From: Diadema antillarum
Taxonomy: Eukaryota
DNA: 64,000 nucleotides
Direction of reading: 5' to 3'
Assembly: GCF_040938485.1 (NCBI RefSeq)
Contig: NW_027271066.1
Location: 868,001-932,000, forward strand
Positions 62,601 through 64,000 of the stretch are shown here, piece after piece. The position numbers and the translations under genes were made by a program. The stretch's first letter is position 1; each line of letters begins with the position of its first letter. Under the pieces are notes generated by a model that was not told where the DNA came from, ran no database searches, and saw only the letters and a list, made by a program, of their open reading frames with translations.

Positions 62601-63926
62601 CATTTTATGAGAAGGGATAGCGAAAAGTAATTACCATCACAAAGACATATCTTCCTTTGAAAGTGGCTGGTGATTATGCAATGAGACACGAGTCAATTGT
62701 CTTCGTATCTGCACGGCAGACCCTGTTTAGCACACGCTTCATATATTTTTGAGCAGCGGCTTCAAACATCTAGCAAAGGGAATAAGACGGTTGTGACTCC
62801 ATTCTCTAGAACCTCCTTGATTATATCATATCTCGATTTGTTGAATTTTTCATGAAACTAAAATGCTGGAAAACTTGAAAATGGTAAATCCTGTTCATAA
62901 GTGGCAAGTGAACAGTATCTCTGCATCGCCCTACAATACTACCTTTACTACACCTACCATTACTTACAAGATTCTGGGGGGGGGGTGGGGGTCGACAGAA
63001 GGTTTCACTTGATTATGTGACTATTTCACAAGCCGCAGAGCAAACTACAGACATGGTTTTGCAAGCAGTTCTATGTAGCATCCAACAGCATATAAATTTC
63101 ATACTTTGAATGTAAGATGAGAGAACATAAATTGAGTTCATGACATGTTAAACTTTACCATTTCACAATCTATGCCAAAGATGGGGCTATTGTCAGTCAC
63201 ATGATCAACATGGTTGGTGTGGACGAAACTTTCAGAGTCTGGTTTGGGGAATCCTCTCTTCTCCATCTCGTCTGACCCCAGCAGGTATTGGGTTCTACCA
63301 GGAGGAGGGTCTCCGCCCTCACTCTCCCCGTTGGCTCCTCCTCCTTCCAGCTCTCCATTCACAGGCAGACTCACGGCAGCTTTCCGTTTCTTCTTTTCAG
63401 CTAGTCAATGGTAGGACACAGAATCCAAAACTGAGCTGTAAATATGCCATGGCTCATCTAAGTTACTGTGGCTAGTGTGATGATAATGACATAACAGTGT
63501 GGGATTGTTAGCCCGTTGAGGACGAGTCCCAAGTATACTCGGGCAGGGGTCTATGGGTAATGCGTGTTGTAGCAAAATCAGCTGCCTCAATGGGTTAAGG
63601 ACAGCACACAACAAATATAAAATTTTTAACTTCTATGTATGAACTATTCTTTTAAAAAAATCAAGATTTATATGAAACATTTGACAGAAAGTATGAAAAG
63701 CTTGCAATGATGGGTGCATTTCCTAAAATAGCTACTTATTTGTTGGTTTGCCATGCCAACTAGGTAGCCTATTCGACCAGCCCATGGGATATCAAGATAT
63801 TTTGAGGCCTCACTCACCCATCACACGTCTGATGTCCTGCAGCTTCATCTTGCTGATGCTTTTGTGGCAGGAGAGAATGTCCTGAAGCATTGCAAAGTAA
63901 CTATAGGCTGGGATGAGCTTGACAGA
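56449..63926 (-). CDS. REXO5: REXO5/NEF-sp-like DEDDh 3'-5' RNA exonuclease, 5'-partial; complement join(63926..63818,63400..63159,61848..61733,61095..60957,60070..59979,59296..59144,58497..58380,57744..57634,56649..56449), 1281 nt
   Basis: Spliced translation contains DNSPIFGIDCEM, ELARVTLVD, YSGITKTILDPVETRLKDVQQNLLQLLPPDAILVGQGLENDLMALK, HPHCVDTS and GHDSVEDALAAIDL, i.e. the complete DEDDh motifs. All nine exons have AG/GT boundaries with compatible phases, ending at TAA 56449. REXO5 rather than REXO1 is assigned from remembered similarity. Confidence 0.88.
57634..57744 (-). CDS. REXO5: REXO5-like exon (MVRKAHSAIAKSDFVHLQLH...DIE)
   Basis: ccactag| acceptor, GAG|gtgagt donor; 37 codons. 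Confidence 0.82.
58380..58497 (-). CDS. REXO5: REXO5-like exon (SIFETAK...CIVCSNDKE)
   Basis: attctcag| acceptor, GAG|gtgagt donor. Confidence 0.85.
58888..59086. mobile_element. MITE family A copy, right end truncated (REXO5 intron)
   Basis: Similar to 39012-39227. Confidence 0.8.
59144..59296 (-). CDS. REXO5: REXO5-like exon (RDIQCSTSGHDSVEDA, ExoIII)
   Basis: tattttag| acceptor, AG|gtgagg donor. Confidence 0.9.
59979..60070 (-). CDS. REXO5: REXO5-like exon (IYHPHCVDTSDMF...KEYLG)
   Basis: ttttctag| acceptor, GG|gtatgt donor. Confidence 0.9.
60957..61095 (-). CDS. REXO5: REXO5-like exon (YSGIT...ENDLMALK, ExoII)
   Basis: gtgcag| acceptor, AAG|gtgagc donor. Confidence 0.92.
61733..61848 (-). 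CDS. REXO5: REXO5-like exon (VITSAGSELARVTLVDEEG...RDYVT)
   Basis: cacatag| acceptor, AG|gtaagt donor. Confidence 0.9.
63159..63400 (-). CDS. REXO5: REXO5-like exon ending in ExoI motif IDCEM
   Basis: gactag| acceptor, ATG|gtaaag donor. Confidence 0.9.
63512..63594. mobile_element. piggyBac-like mini-MITE copy (REXO5 intron)
   Basis: CCCGTTGAGGACG...CCTCAATGGG|TTAA. Confidence 0.75.
63818..63926 (-). CDS. REXO5: REXO5-like exon (SVKLIPAYSYFAMLQDILSCHKSISKMKLQDIRRVM)
   Basis: ttgttgcag| acceptor, G|gtgagt donor; phase matches the next exon. Confidence 0.75.
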
Positions 63927-64000
63927 CTGCAACAACAAGAAGAGAAGAAAGGCATTAATCTGTTGCATCAGTGTTTGTGCAGGAAAAAAAACAAACGACA

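Overview
Eukaryotic, AT-rich, CpG-depleted genomic DNA with spliceosomal introns and many MITEs. It looks like a marine invertebrate deuterostome, possibly a sea urchin (inferred from repeat families and composition only). Two convergent genes can be assembled by hand. (1) A complete NAA60 (Golgi N-terminal acetyltransferase) on +, with 5 coding exons between 3867 and 36287 giving 474 aa, with long low-complexity N- and C-terminal extensions. Its last intron (34911-35707) is a minor-spliceosome U12-type AT-AC intron. (2) The 3' nine exons of a REXO5/NEF-sp-like DEDDh RNA exonuclease on - (63926 to 56449); its 5' end lies outside the window. Introns and the intergenic space hold many non-autonomous DNA transposons: Kolobok-like (TTAA), Harbinger-like, pogo-like, piggyBac-like and unclassified. 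These include a 3.3 kb CAGGG-ended element with a 5-bp TSD and an internal satellite. There is also a tRNA-derived SINE, microsatellites and two N gaps. Two tentative decayed genes are read by eye: an adhesion-GPCR-like relic antisense in NAA60 intron 2, and ankyrin-repeat relics between the two genes. No prokaryotic-type system, CRISPR array, rRNA or genuine tRNA gene was seen. All coordinates and translations were worked out manually; no searches were run.
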